Assembly (NCBI RefSeq): GCF_001194135.2
Contig: NC_068988.1
Span: 51,619,092 to 51,652,657 of the forward strand
Length of the DNA stretch: 33,566 nt
Source: Octopus bimaculoides
Taxonomy: Eukaryota
Reading direction: 5' to 3'
Shown: positions 1 to 11,856 of the stretch, piece by piece
How the letters are laid out: each line of letters starts with the position of its first letter
How positions within the stretch are numbered: position 1 is the stretch's first letter
The notes under the pieces: model-generated
Seen by the model: the letters and a program-made list of their open reading frames with translations, nothing else
What the model was told of the DNA's origin: nothing
Database searches by the model: none
Translations under genes and position numbers: made by a program

Positions 1-232
1 AATACTTAAATAGCGGAGGAGATATTATGTTGCCGTGTGCTCGAACTCTGCAAGAAGTTAAAAAATTTTTTTGACTAAAACACAACTGGAACCCTAAGTA
101 AGGCATGTGTAAAATTTGAATGAAATTGGTTGCGTAGTTCTCGAGTTTTAGGGATTCACACACACAGACAGACAAACACACAGACAGACAAACAGACAGG
201 CAGACACACATTCTCATTTTTATATATATAGA
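1..232 (-). mobile_element. Non-autonomous Helitron-like element, 5' end (continues beyond window start)
   Basis: Minus strand reads A|TCTATATATATAAAAATGAGAATG, then a (TGTC)n microsatellite, then AAAACTCGAGAACTACGCAACCAATTTCATTCAAATTTT. This matches the 5'-TC start, microsatellite and subterminal layout of Lep1-type non-autonomous Helitrons. The 3' hairpin/CTRR is not in the window. Confidence 0.6.
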
Positions 233-237
233 TTATT

Positions 238-451
238 GGTTTCTAATTTTGGCACAAGGTCAGTAATTTCATGGGAACAGGTAAGTCGATTACTTTGAAC
301 CCAGTGCTCAACTGGTACTTATTTTATCGATCCTGAGAAGACGAAAGGCAAAATTGACCCTGGTGGAATTTGAAGTCAGAATGTAAAGTCAGCAGAAATG
401 CTACTAAGCATTTTGTCCAGTGCAGTAACAATTCTATCAGCTCACCACCTT
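238..451 (-). mobile_element. SINE family A (tRNA-like head plus central domain resembling Meta/MESC), full length
   Basis: Colinear with copies at 6920-7131, 7740-7939, 7981-8180 and 20030-20217. Minus strand has head AAGGTGGTGAGCTGATAGAATTGTTA, a B-box-like TTCAAATTCC, then a CCTTTCGTCTTCTCAGGATCGATAAAATAAGTACCAG core. Confidence 0.9.
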
Positions 452-664
452 CTGTATTACTACTGAACAATTGCTTCATAAAACTAGCAGCCTTCTGCTT
501 CTAAAAAAAGAAAAACATCATTATAAATTATCAAAGTAAAAGAAGTCAAACCCTCACGACTTCTGTGTTTATACTGTTATATATTTATTTAGATATATAA
601 TCATTTCCAGAAAGTATATGACTCTCAAATGTTAGACTTCTCTTGCTTGCTTGCTTACTTGCTT

Positions 665-784
665 TCTTTCTCTTTCTCTCTCTCTCTCCAGTACATATCA
701 AATATTATTTCCAATTCCCTTAACTTCTGCTTTAATGATGGAATTTTCCCAGTCTCTTTCTCTCACTCTCTCTGTGTATGTATG

Positions 785-828
<44 letters not shown>
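665..828. repeat. (CT)n at ~665-688 and (TA)n/(TG) at ~775-828 microsatellites
   Basis: Directly visible; these explain ORF-track entries 629..865 and 651..905. Confidence 0.95.
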
Positions 829-829
<1 letters not shown>

Positions 830-1560
830 CTTTTACTCGTTTATATATTGTTTAGCCATCCATAGCTTTTTACATTTACTGTTAAATTGCTTTGCAAAGT
901 TTTAAATATCACCCTACATAAACCTAAATTCCATGTTCTTTTGGTGATCTCTTTGCAAAGACTACCTTTCATGCACTCACCATTCCCTCCCTTGCCAGGC
1001 ACTCTGGTCTCTCCATTTTCAAATATTACATTTACCCTGACTGAAAATATTTCTCTTACTCTTTAACAAAGCAGTTTTCAATTATCTATCTTCTCTCTTT
1101 AGATATGATACATTCAGGTCTTCATATGGCCATATAACATACCACACTCACTCATATTCTTCTTAGTAGACATCTTTTATCCTCCTGACATCACTACGTT
1201 TTATTTTTATTTTTATTTTTTTTGTTTCTTAACCATATACGACCATCCTTTCAGAACTTGGCTCTCAGCTTAGGACATTCTCTAAGAGTTCTTTTCATGA
1301 TTTTATCCAGAAACCTTAAATACAATCATCACTAATAGTTTATAGTCTTCTTCAAATTTTTGGCTCCAAATTATTTCAGCTTTAGATTTTTCACTTGAAT
1401 TTTAATTTCATCCCAGATTTTCATATTTTATAGAAATCCTGCTTACGACTAAGAAATGTATGACATTATGTTTCAAAGAGTACTTCTAGCCCAACACTAT
1501 CATTATTTTCTACAATTCATACACTATTTCAGAAACATCTTAAATACTATTGTGTGCATG

Positions 1561-1592
<32 letters not shown>
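1561..1592. repeat. (CG)/(CA)n microsatellite
   Basis: cacgcgcgcacacacacacacacacacacaca. Confidence 0.95.
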
Positions 1593-1593
<1 letters not shown>

Positions 1594-2226
1594 GACATAA
1601 TAGCATGTGTGTCATGCCTAACACATCACTATAATTATGTTTGATAATGTTTCTTACTCCTCACTCAAACAAATTTTAGAAATATTATTCTTGGTTTAAG
1701 ATATTATCAATATAAACTAATGAAAAATGCTATAAATGTTTTGGGTTGGTGCTAAATAAGTTGTATGTACTCATATTGTACACAGCTACTGAAAGAGGAT
1801 AACAGGAAAAAAAAATAATAAAAAGAAAATCACAGCATTATTCTTATACAAGATATAGCAGCAGAGAAGAGACAGAATTAAATACTAGCTTCATTTTGGA
1901 CTTTTGAAATGGGTTTTATGTAGGGCAGGAACATAAATTCTTCACATTCTTAGCACAATAGTAAATTGAAATGGGATCTGTAAACTAAATAGTTGGCTAG
2001 GGTTTGAAAAAGTTATTGATAAGAAATTTTTGTCAAAGTGTATGAGGATGGATTTCAAAGATTTATGTTCTCTAGACTTTATTACAGAGATAGTTGTTTA
2101 TCCAGAAAATATTTCAACTCCTACAGACAGACCGTATTACAAAGGCATATTGTGAGGAAGGATATTTGGGAAGACAGCACATTAATAAATACCACAACTT
2201 GTCTTTTGTCCTGTAATAAAACTTAC

Positions 2227-2266
2227 AAATATAATGACTGGACCTCAGCACATCCAGTACCATAAT
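2227..2266 (-). CDS. Candidate 40-nt exon of an unidentified minus-strand gene (speculative)
   Basis: Minus strand: catcacag|attatgg...tatattt|gtaagt. Open as (D)YGTGCAEVQSLY or IMVLDVLRSSHYI. The pyrimidine tract is weak and no homology is recognised. Confidence 0.15.
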
Positions 2267-3737
2267 CTGTGATGTTGACAAGATATCAGTCTTAATACTA
2301 AAAATGTCTTAGTAATATCCACATTTATCAGGCCACAGTTCAGTCATAGTAATAACAATATGTTTACACAACTGACATCAGTCATATCACACATCTAAAC
2401 ATGGCCCAGCAATGTAATAAAATATATTAGCCTAGAAAACCCAGCAGCAGGTTCCAATTCTGACAAGATGGTGCAAAAGTTGTATTTACTATCACTGCTA
2501 TACAGGTTAAGTTTCATTAACAAAGGAGTCAAATTATTGTATTTACACTCCTAAAATGTGGGGCCTTGTACCAATTTAGAAACCATTGTCTCAAAGTTTA
2601 AATCCTAGCAATGTTCTCTATAGTCAACTAAAAAACAAAAACCTTTTATGTTTGTGTTACAGATCAGCAGTAGCAGCATCAATAATAGTAACAATGTGCA
2701 GTGAAATTACTTCTTTGCAGAGTTTGTGATTCAGACCTAAACCCTAATTATAAATGCTACTCTACAAATAGAACCAATGAGAAAGATCTGTGATAAATGC
2801 AAAACTTCACACACAAGTAAAAATGTCATCATCATCTTCATTGTTACTGATATATGAATACCGCACACAGATTCAGTGCCTGACTTCATTTCTGTTTGTT
2901 ACTTATAAGGGGTTTCTGTTTTTTTTCTCTTTATTGGATCAGTTCAACTTTGTAAACAATAAAAAATATTCAGTAGACAAAAGAAAAACAGGAAACTCAG
3001 AAGTCACTGATTTCTAACAATACAATACAATGTGTCCTTCAGTTTTGTATCGGCAACGAGAGGGAGAAGCGAGAGGAACGTTAATATCAGTCATCAGTTG
3101 TAGTTACTGTATGCAGTCATAGTTATTACAGTCTGTTGTAACGATTACTTCCAAGAAAATAAAACTACTGTGAGAAATAGAGAAAGTAGCATCCAGTAAA
3201 GCAGACGGACACGAGAACACTGTTTTAATAAACTGTAATTGAATTGCAGAAACACAAAATTGCACTAAATTCATTCGTGACTTTAATCCCTATAATTAAG
3301 GACACAAGCACTAAATGTTTCTTGGTTGATTCAGTTCTCTTTCCTAGAAAATCTGTGGCCTGGTGCCAATGTAGGAATCATAGTAATACATACATAATGT
3401 GATCTTGGAAATTGAATTAGTTGCATTTTACCAATTCATATAACCATTAATATTTCACATGAATAGACTAATTCTTGGCACTATAAACTATACTTCAATT
3501 TCCAGTTAATTTGGTACTCCTCACAGGGTGTAGCTTTTGACTGCTCTGTTGTCCATAGAGAGGGTTATCTGGCCATTCCAATAAATCATACAGGCTGCTG
3601 GTGCTGTAGCTAAGGCACTATCAATGTCATCAATCAAGACCATCAACAGTTTTTTCAATATATATAACTGCTAAGGAGAGGTGAATAAGAGGGAGTGCTC
3701 GAAACATTAAGCACTATTTCTAGACATTCTTCTAAAC

Positions 3738-3998
3738 CAGTGGTTTTCAACCATTTTTTGCTTATGGACTCTTTGATTACTATTTTATTCTACTGGGCCT
3801 CCATAGCCATTTGATGCATATAAAAAAAAAATACAGTTGTATTTTTTAATTAAATACTATAACAAACTGTATGAAAAAGAAAATCAAAATATTTTGTGTA
3901 TTGTAGAAGTATAAGCAATTCACTGCACACAAATTTTAACAACAAAAATCTTATATGGATCCCACAAGGGCCATATGGACCCTGGTTGACAACCACTG
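3738..3998. mobile_element. hAT/Charlie-type MITE (261 bp)
   Basis: TIRs CAGTGGTTTTCAACC and GGTTGACAACCACTG (14/15). Flanks are 8-bp TTCTAAAC (3730-3737) and CTCTAGAC (3999-4006), fitting the Charlie NTCTAGAN target preference. Confidence 0.85.
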
Positions 3999-4167
3999 CT
4001 CTAGACACTAGTGTATTGCAGATAACCTGCTTAGATGACTAGATACCTATTCTCAACAGCTAGTTAAATTGAGACAGAAAAGAATAGTGTTCTGTACAGG
4101 AAAAAAAAAAAACCAACAAAAAAACCCTTCAAATTAACCAATGTAGAACGCAAAAGGTTGATTGTCA

Positions 4168-4332
4168 GACTCATTAGAAATAGCAGCTAAATTTCCTTCA
4201 AATCCCATCCTACTGTTTTAAATAGGATAACAGCACAATGGAGATAACTATATACTCTTAAAAAGTCAAGATGGTCATAGCTGGGCTGATCATAGGTTTA
4301 CTCAAAGTTTGACCTGGGGCTAAATGGCAACA
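4168..4332 (+). mobile_element. SINE-like family D ((CAA)n/RTE-type tail)
   Basis: Shares AAATAGCAGCYAAAT...GATGGTCAT...TGATCATAGG...GACCTGGGGCTAAA with copies at 11692, 12526, 16297, 18611, 19631 and 30405. Confidence 0.7.
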
Positions 4333-6031
4333 TGGAACGAGAAACAAACTATTAACACTTATTGTCTTGTTCTTCTAAATGAAAGACATCACTGACAGCT
4401 TCAATCAACCTTGCTAAAATCCAGGTATTAGTCACAATTTAAGACAGAGTGGTTAAGACTATAAAATTATTTCAGCTGTAGGTGTAATAAGTTAAGATAT
4501 TCACTTCACTACAATATCTATTTTATCTTGCTTGTTTATGTAATAGAATAATGATATCAAATATCAATGTGGTTTAAAATATTCAATTATCATATATTTA
4601 TCATATTCCATCTTCCAACATGATAGCAACAAAAATGTTAATACCATGACTTCGTTTAATTACATACATTAATTACAATGTACATGCGATCAATTCTCAA
4701 GCATAACCTCTGACTCAAAAATTAAGGGCAGACATCATAGCTTACACAAAATTTACCAAAAAATTTTTTATTGTCATAGTTTTCATTTTATTGTAACCAA
4801 TTTTAATGGATTTGAACTTAGAACTCTTAGTTTCAGATACTGGAAAGTATCCAACTGAATGCTTTTTACCTTTGTACAATTCTGAATGTAATGGACATTT
4901 CATAATGTGTTATTTTAATGTGCATGCATGTAAAAAGATTCACAAGTTCTACAGGTATCATATATAGTGATTGTTGTAAGTATCTATTAAATATAATTAT
5001 GTATGGGCCCTAGGGTTGGAAGTGGTTGGAAAGAGTGAATTTGGTCAGTGTCCAGGGAATACTATGAGGTTCTTCACACACACATGCACACACACATACA
5101 CACACAATTGTAATTAATAATGAACTATGACAAATATTTCCTGAAAAGGCCTAAGAAATGTTTATTTAAATTGAAACCCATAGGTGAGGAATAATTTCTT
5201 TCGGAGACATAGAATGACAACTTAGACACTAAGGGGGGGGGGGATATTCACTAGCAAGATGCATGCGCATGTATTTAAAATGTATTCAAAAGATTAAGAA
5301 TATGCATTTAAGTGAATACGCAAGTAGGTAAACATTTGCTATATGTAAATGTGAATGTTGCCTGCCTAAGTAAATATGAATGAATATATATTTACATGAA
5401 TATATTGTATATGTGTGTGTATTGAACTATATACCTCAAGTGAAAATAGCAATTAAGCTATAGCTGTGTGGGGTGTGTGTGTGTGTCAGAGATTCAGATA
5501 AAAGTCAACTGTTGTTGGAACAAACCAAAGTTATATATAGTGTAATGGGAGCGAGACTGTCCAGCAATCAATTATATTGAGAACAGAATGAGAAATATCC
5601 CAACTAATTGTGATAATAAGAGTGAACTAAACCTAGCTGGTTGGCAAACAATCAGAGGATAGCTTATTTCATTACAGTGAGGACAAAAGCTGAAACAAAC
5701 CCACTTCTCAACTGTGTTGGCTAAGTGTAGCACAAATCTACAATATCACAATGATTTCTTTCACTAGATAGTAGACCACTTGCTATGAAATGGGAGATGA
5801 TATGCTTGACTGACTGATATAATACTGGTGATTATTTTATTAATCTGAAGAGAGAAAAATCAGTACCAACTCTAGCAGGGTTTGAACTTGAAAATATGCA
5901 ACAATGAACTTCACACTCCTGTCTCTTCTACATTCATAAATAATATAATTTTACCACAGTGATTTACTGATTGACTTTTTACCTTTTTAAAACAAAATTT
6001 TTCATTCAAAGTGTTGTGTCAAACACTTTAA

Positions 6032-6265
6032 CCTGTTCACATTTAAACCAGCCATAACAGGCCAAAAATATTCTACCTGTTTTACATTCAAACAAACCAA
6101 ATCTGCCCTCTCACACCTAGTCTACAATGTCATTCTAAAAAAGAAAAAAAAAAAGATAATCATATCTTTGGAAAATCTCAAAACTACAGGATAGTGCATG
6201 ATTAATTCAAAACAGTGAGAATAAATAAGCGTTGCATTTGACAGAGTAATTTGGGTGCTAAAGGG
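6032..6265. mobile_element. TTAA-flanked (piggyBac-type) MITE family 1
   Basis: TTAA at 6028-6031 and 6266-6269. Right end TGCTAAAGGG; left end degenerate (CCTGTTCACATT). Colinear with the interrupted copy at 29092-29571. Confidence 0.75.
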
Positions 6266-6723
6266 TTAATGATAAACATGCACCTCAGTGTAATGAATGA
6301 TAAAAAATAACTCAGCAGGCATCAAACTCAAATTAAATACTATTAAAAATTCTATCTAGCATTGACTGTACTGTGCAAAATCCACCAATAACTGGTGCAA
6401 ATTAAACTAATTTCCATAGAAAAAAAAGCTTGCAACAAGCTCAAAGATATTATGAATAGATAAATTTTAATTACTTACAACTGTGCATAAATACAGAATA
6501 GATAAATTTTAATTATTTACGACTGTGACTTCTTTAGAGTTAAGAGATTTACTATTTAAAAAAAAATATAACTGAAGTATTAAGGCAAGAGTTACTTCCC
6601 ATATTTCAGTTAGTTGCTATAGTAACTAGTTGAATTTGAAATATAAGCTCTTTTAAATGGATAATTTTAATTACCAATTAATGTAGACAGCTTATTAATT
6701 AATGTCTTCATATGAAAAACAAC

Positions 6724-6772
6724 NNNNNNNNNNNNNNNNNNNNNNNNNNNNNNNNNNNNNNNNNNNNNNNNN
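6724..6772. other. Assembly gap (N-run)
   Basis: Run of n. Confidence 1.
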
Positions 6773-6919
6773 GCACATTTTTCCATAGTTTTCACAAAAA
6801 AGGTGAAATTTGTAACAAATTCAGGAAGAACAAAATGGGGAAAAGCAGTTTGTTCAGATATATTCAATTTTCTTGCTCTTATATGGAAATTAATTTAGTT
6901 TACTTTAATGCATAATAAT

Positions 6920-7131
6920 GATTTCAAATTTTTGTCACAGGGGCAACTTAGGGGAGGGGATTAAGTCGATTACAACGACCCCAGTGCATAGCTGGTATTT
7001 ATTTAATTGACCCTGAAAGGTTGAAAGGCGAAGTCAACTTCAGCAGAATTTGAACTCAGAATGTAAAGATGGACGAAATACTGCTAAGCATTTCGCCCAG
7101 TGTGCTAACAATTCTGCCAGCTCGCCGCCTT
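6920..7131 (-). mobile_element. SINE family A, full length, relatively intact
   Basis: Minus-strand head AAGGCGGCGAGCTGGCAGAATTGTTAGCAC...GAGTTCAAATTC; retains CpGs; colinear with other family A copies. Confidence 0.92.
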
Positions 7132-7589
7132 AATAATTATTCTTTCAACAAGATGTATACATATAGAATTCAAATATGGAAGTCATTTTATTTCATACTG
7201 AAATAAAATACCTTCACATAAAGATTTCCAACACATGCACTAAATCCCAAATCTGAAGGATTTAAATCAACCTTGGTACTTGACTGGTAGACTGAGAAAG
7301 AGTGAAAAGTAAAAACCAGCTTCATTAGGAATTGAACTCAGAATGTACAAGGAGGTAACTTGCTTCAACAGAGCCTTTCTATTTTGACCAGAACATATAG
7401 AATAACATGTACAGATTGAATGAATCAATTGATGTATGCAGCTTTCCAACATAGTTACAAACACTCAAATCATTTACTTTTCCACTTTTACAAATATTGG
7501 ATGTATTTAGAGATGTTTTGCAAAACCATTTACTGCATTGATACCAATTTAACTCCTTTTACAAAAAGATAGTGATAGAAGTTGAAATA

Positions 7590-7727
7590 ATATCTTGTAA
7601 GGCTGGACTTTATTTTTCATCCTTTTAGAGTTGATAAAATAAATACCAGCTGAGTATTGTGGGTTGATGTAATAGACTTACCTACACCCTCCAAAATTGC
7701 CGACCTTGCGACAAAATTTGAAACAAA
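7590..7727 (+). mobile_element. SINE family A, 5'-truncated/degraded
   Basis: GGACTTTATTTTTCATCCTTTTAGAGTTGATAAAATAAATACCAG...AAAATTTGAAAC matches the core and 3' end of the family. Confidence 0.8.
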
Positions 7728-7739
7728 TATTACTATTAC

Positions 7740-7939
7740 AGCAGCGAGCTGGTAGAATCATTACTGTGCGGGACAAAATGCTTACGTTTTTACGTTTTGA
7801 GTTCAAATTCAACCAAGGTCGACTTTGCTTTTCCTCCTTTCGGGGTTGATAAAGTAAGTACCAATTGAGCACTGGCGTTGATGTAACCAACAAATCCACT
7901 TCCTCCAAAGTTTCTGGCCTTGTGCCAAAATTTGAAGTC
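7740..7939 (+). mobile_element. SINE family A, full length
   Basis: GCAGCGAGCTGGTAGAATC...GAGTTCAAATTC...CCTTTCGGGGTTGATAAAGTAAGTACCA...AAAATTTGAAGTC, followed by an (ATT)n tail. Confidence 0.9.
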
Positions 7940-7980
7940 ATCATTACTATCATTATTATTATTATAATAATAATATTATC

Positions 7981-8190
7981 AAGGTGGTGAGCAGATAGAA
8001 TCATTAGCACACCAAGCAAAATGCTTAGCGGTATTTCATCTGAGTTCAAAATCTGCCATAGTGAACTTTACATTTCATCCTTTTGAGGTCAAAAATAAGT
8101 ACCAGTTGAACACTGGGATTAATGTTATTGACCAATCCCCACCCATGAAATTGCTGGCCTTGAACAAAAATTTGAAATCATTATTATTAT
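7981..8190 (+). mobile_element. SINE family A, full length with short internal deletion
   Basis: AAGGTGGTGAGCAGATAGAATCATTAGCAC...GAGTTCAAAATC...AAAATTTGAAATCATTATTATTATC. Confidence 0.9.
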
Positions 8191-9367
8191 CATGTAAGTC
8201 AAACAAGGAAGTTGTAACTGTGTCTTAGACTGATCCTCACTCAACCATGAAGAGTCAAAGGAATGCTTAAAAGGGAATGAACTGTGCTAAGAGCACCCAA
8301 GTACCAGGTGGTGGTCTTTAAAATGGATGTCATAAAACTAATTAAATGCAAAATAATTTTTCTTGGTAGTGAACCATTTTAAGTCGATAGCTAGCTACCA
8401 GCAACACATATTACAGTAGGCATATATAATCATTCGATTTAAAGATCTGTGGTTACAGAACAAAACTTATAAAGATCATAAATACAGAGTTAGTGTTAAT
8501 AGATGTCTAACTATAATGGGTATGTTGCAAGTTGCACTCAAGTTAAAGAGTTAAAAAGCAAACAATAATTAAACTAGTTAAGATTATACATTTCTATAAC
8601 TTTGGATTAATAATGAAACTAAATCAGACGCAAAGTAAATAAAAATATTAAGTGATGCTCACTGGTGTTACTCAAAATTTTGAGTGATGCCAGTAAGGGC
8701 TGCAGTCATAAGAATTTGAAAGCATCAAACTGACAATGGCTTCACTGACCGGCATATATACAGGATGTTCAGCAATAAACTACATCACAGACTATCATAT
8801 TGTTTATAATCTGTCTTATGTCATCACAACAGTCAGTCCTGCGTCATTACCACAGTCTATCATGTTATCATCTGTAGTCCTGTCCTATGTCATCACCATA
8901 GCCCATCCTGCACCATGACCACAGTCTATCCTCAAAAATGCTCCGGTTGTTTGTTTCTCAATTCATAATTTGCAAAGAAAAATCACATTTTTGATAGGGC
9001 ACCTACTCTGATACATAACTATTTATTGACATAAATATTTATATTAAATAAAAAAGATGGGTGTAATGAAAAATAGGTACTAAGCAATAATAAACTGTAG
9101 ATAACAAAATATCAAGCCAGATATACTATATCAACACAAAAAGGTCAACATAACTGTGGAAATAGTAACTGAAAAATCCACAATGGGTTTGTCTTCATAA
9201 TCTAAAATAAGGTAGTCTTATAACTGATTATAACATTTGGGACTCTGTAATTTTAATTTAATCTTCAGAGCATGCTTTGAAGTAGATCACTGACATGTTG
9301 AGCCAACAAGACTTACGATTTCTATTTTAGCCAATTTCACTTTCCCTACATCATAGGAAAGGCTTAA

Positions 9368-9435
9368 CCCTGTTTATACCAACCAGCCTGAAACCACCCT
9401 TGGTTCTAGGATATGAACTTCATGTTTTAAAGATC
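9368..9435 (+). mobile_element. TTAA-type MITE family 2, 5' fragment
   Basis: TTAA|CCCTGTTTATACCAACCAGCCTGAAACCACCCTTGGTTCTAGGATATGAAC matches the start of 28900-29078 and 22793-23024. Confidence 0.6.
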
Positions 9436-9765
9436 TCCATTTTCTCTTTCTAAAACTGTAGGTGGTGATTTAGCTGCTTTTCTAGCTTGTCAAGCTCTCA
9501 TACAGATACTCCCATGTCGGTACATATATATTTGTTACTTTTGAATATTTGCTTAAGAAATCAAGGTGATGACACAGGGAAATTAAACTTTAAAATAACA
9601 AAATCTTGACATATTTCTAACTACAAATTTATATCACACTAGCAATAGAAGTTAGTGGTTTCACCAACCCCCCAAAGAATCCTCTTAAAATCCTGTATTA
9701 TAAAATCATACAAATCAGTGGCATTTGAATTACAGAAGAATAACTGTTTTATAGCATTGTTTATA

Positions 9766-9797
9766 TATGTGTGTGTATGTATGTATGTGTATGTATG

Positions 9798-9830
<33 letters not shown>
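9766..9830. repeat. (TG)/(TA)n microsatellite
   Basis: Directly visible; explains ORFs 9655..9924 and 9771..9983. Confidence 0.95.
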
Positions 9831-9831
<1 letters not shown>

Positions 9832-10853
9832 CCCTGTTATATCATAGTCATTACACCCTGTGGTCTTTTATCTCATACACATATACACACATTGAAATAT
9901 ATCCAGTTATATTCTTGCAATTGATTATTATCTATCCTCCCACTTTAACTATTTACTTATCTCTATATCAGTCTTTCTATTAGATGTATAAATTACATAT
10001 GTCACCTCAGGATTGTTTACAAGAGAGATAGCCATAAACTAAAATTATTTTACAACTGAAGTTAAGAGACCATTGCAAGCAATTTATTGCTTAAATGTTG
10101 TCTTAACCTCTGCAACCCATACATTCTTTTGACTCCTTAAACTTCATATCTCAAATATTCTATGAATTTAAATTCAAAAAATAAAAAAATGTGATGACAG
10201 ACAAAGCTGATCCCAGATGAACTTAATTTAGATCAGTAAAGCACCATAGACACAATTTAATTATATAATCTTGACCAGGCCCACATCCCAATTAACAAAA
10301 AAAATTGTTTCTAACATAGGCAGTCTACCATTTCATTTGCTACACCACCCTAATGATAATTTTTTCATATTGGTTTCAGGCCTCAAATTTCTATGGAAGG
10401 GGTGTAGTTGATGCATAAATTGACCCAGTAGCTGATTGGTAATTTATTTTGACTTTAGAAGTATCAGTGTAACAAACTTTTTAGGGTAATTTCATAATTT
10501 CTCAGTGAAATAAATTATGAAACCAAATCAAATAAATCAGAGAATTGTTATTTGTTATACAGAGAAAATATAGGAGCCATTGTAGCCATCCAAAAACAAA
10601 GTAAAACTGCTATACCTATTTTACATATATATCGTGAGGTATCGAAACTTCCTTCCTACCACTGTAACCAGGTCAGTGATACAGTTCAACTACTAGTGTT
10701 TCAAACTTACAACTCAAAGACCCATAACCTCTTTCATTTAACATCCCAAAAATTAAAAAGAAGTTTCCATGTGTTTTGAAACAGTGAAAACTAACTGTAC
10801 CATGATGAAATTGCTTTAGTTTCAACATCAAGTTCTCAGCCCAAGACACTTAC

Positions 10854-10889
10854 CAGACAACAACTCGGAAAATATCAATAATGAAAAAT
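10854..10889 (-). CDS. Candidate 36-nt exon (speculative)
   Basis: Minus strand: ttcatactag|atttttcattattgatattttccgagttgttgtctg|gtaagt; two frames open. Confidence 0.25.
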
Positions 10890-11325
10890 CTAGTATGAAT
10901 ATTTGATAACAAAACTTAAAAGAGAAACATTAACACCATTGTTTTAATGTCAGCTATGGGCAGATCTTCCATGTTATATATCATTACCACTCATCTAGTC
11001 AGTCTTTCATTGTCTCCTCAGTGAGGCTGATTGTTCTGTGACTTGACCTTTCTACATTCTCCTTAGTCTAACATTCACACTATGTATGTAATATGTAATA
11101 CAAGGAAAATTTTCACACAGATAGAAAAACCATGCACTATATTTTAACTCTGGCCCTCAGTGCTCTGATTTCAAATCCTTCTAAGGTCAACTTTGATTCT
11201 CATCCAAGACAGTAGATTAGCAGAATTACCAGAGCATTGTACAGGATGTTTTGCAATATTTGTTCCAGCACTTGACAACACTAGTGTTGAGCTGCATCAA
11301 CCTTTGCCTTTCCCTCAAAACTTAC

Positions 11326-11340
11326 AGTGCCCTATAGAAC
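11326..11340 (-). CDS. Candidate 15-nt microexon (speculative)
   Basis: Minus strand: gtattattttcag|gttctatagggcact|gtaagt; consensus acceptor and donor. Confidence 0.3.
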
Positions 11341-11600
11341 CTGAAAATAATACAACTTATAGTTTGTATATCTTAGAGCAGTACTGCTCAAAGTGGTGGC
11401 TCACAGACCGGTGCTGGTCTGTGAGCCATCAGCTGCCAGTATGCAGCAAGTTTCCAGAAAAGAAAGAAACATTATAGAATGCTTATGTAATATTGTATTA
11501 TTTGTTTACAAAATAAATATAAGATTTAAAAAAATCGTCAACTTATATTATATTCATTATATTGTTTCCGGTATAAATTAATATTACTAACAAATATTAC

Positions 11601-11614
11601 CAGTCCCTGACACA
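11601..11614 (-). CDS. Candidate 14-nt microexon (speculative)
   Basis: Minus strand: ttttttttgttttatttttccag|tgtgtcagggactg|gtaata; long pyrimidine tract. Confidence 0.25.
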
Positions 11615-11691
11615 CTGGAAAAATAAAACAAAAAAAACTGCCAGTACGCCACATCAGATAGTATGAGAAGCACTGTCTTAGAGTACATACA

Positions 11692-11856
11692 TTTAGAGTT
11701 GTCAATGTTTAATCCAAGGGGACTTACAATCAAAAGTATTCCAGCAGTTGACAATCCTTTTTTTTTTTTTCTTTTACACAGTGCATCTAGAACATTATAT
11801 GATGCTTCCCTGGTTATATATGAAAAAAATTTAGTTGCTATTTCAAGTAGGTCATC
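11692..11856 (-). mobile_element. SINE-like family D copy
   Basis: Minus strand GATGACCTACTTGAAATAGCAACTAAAT...CTAGATGCAC...AAAAGGATTGTCAACTGCTGGAATACTTTTGATT aligns by eye to other family D copies. It explains ORFs 11587..11886 and 11663..11890. Confidence 0.6.

Noticed and set aside
920-1200. Possible antisense RTE/CR1 3' remnant (YGHM...GRP-like)
   Set aside because: Only two weak motif echoes; not supportable without a search.
3520-3710. Minus-strand stretch resembling a LINE RT motif (SPLLAVIYIEKLL...)
   Set aside because: It needs a frameshift and the similarity is too short to support by eye.
1443-10712. Several AG|NN|GTA 1-5 nt 'exons' (e.g. ~1447, ~6479, ~10073, ~10711)
   Set aside because: A rough base-composition estimate predicts tens of such motifs by chance in 33 kb.
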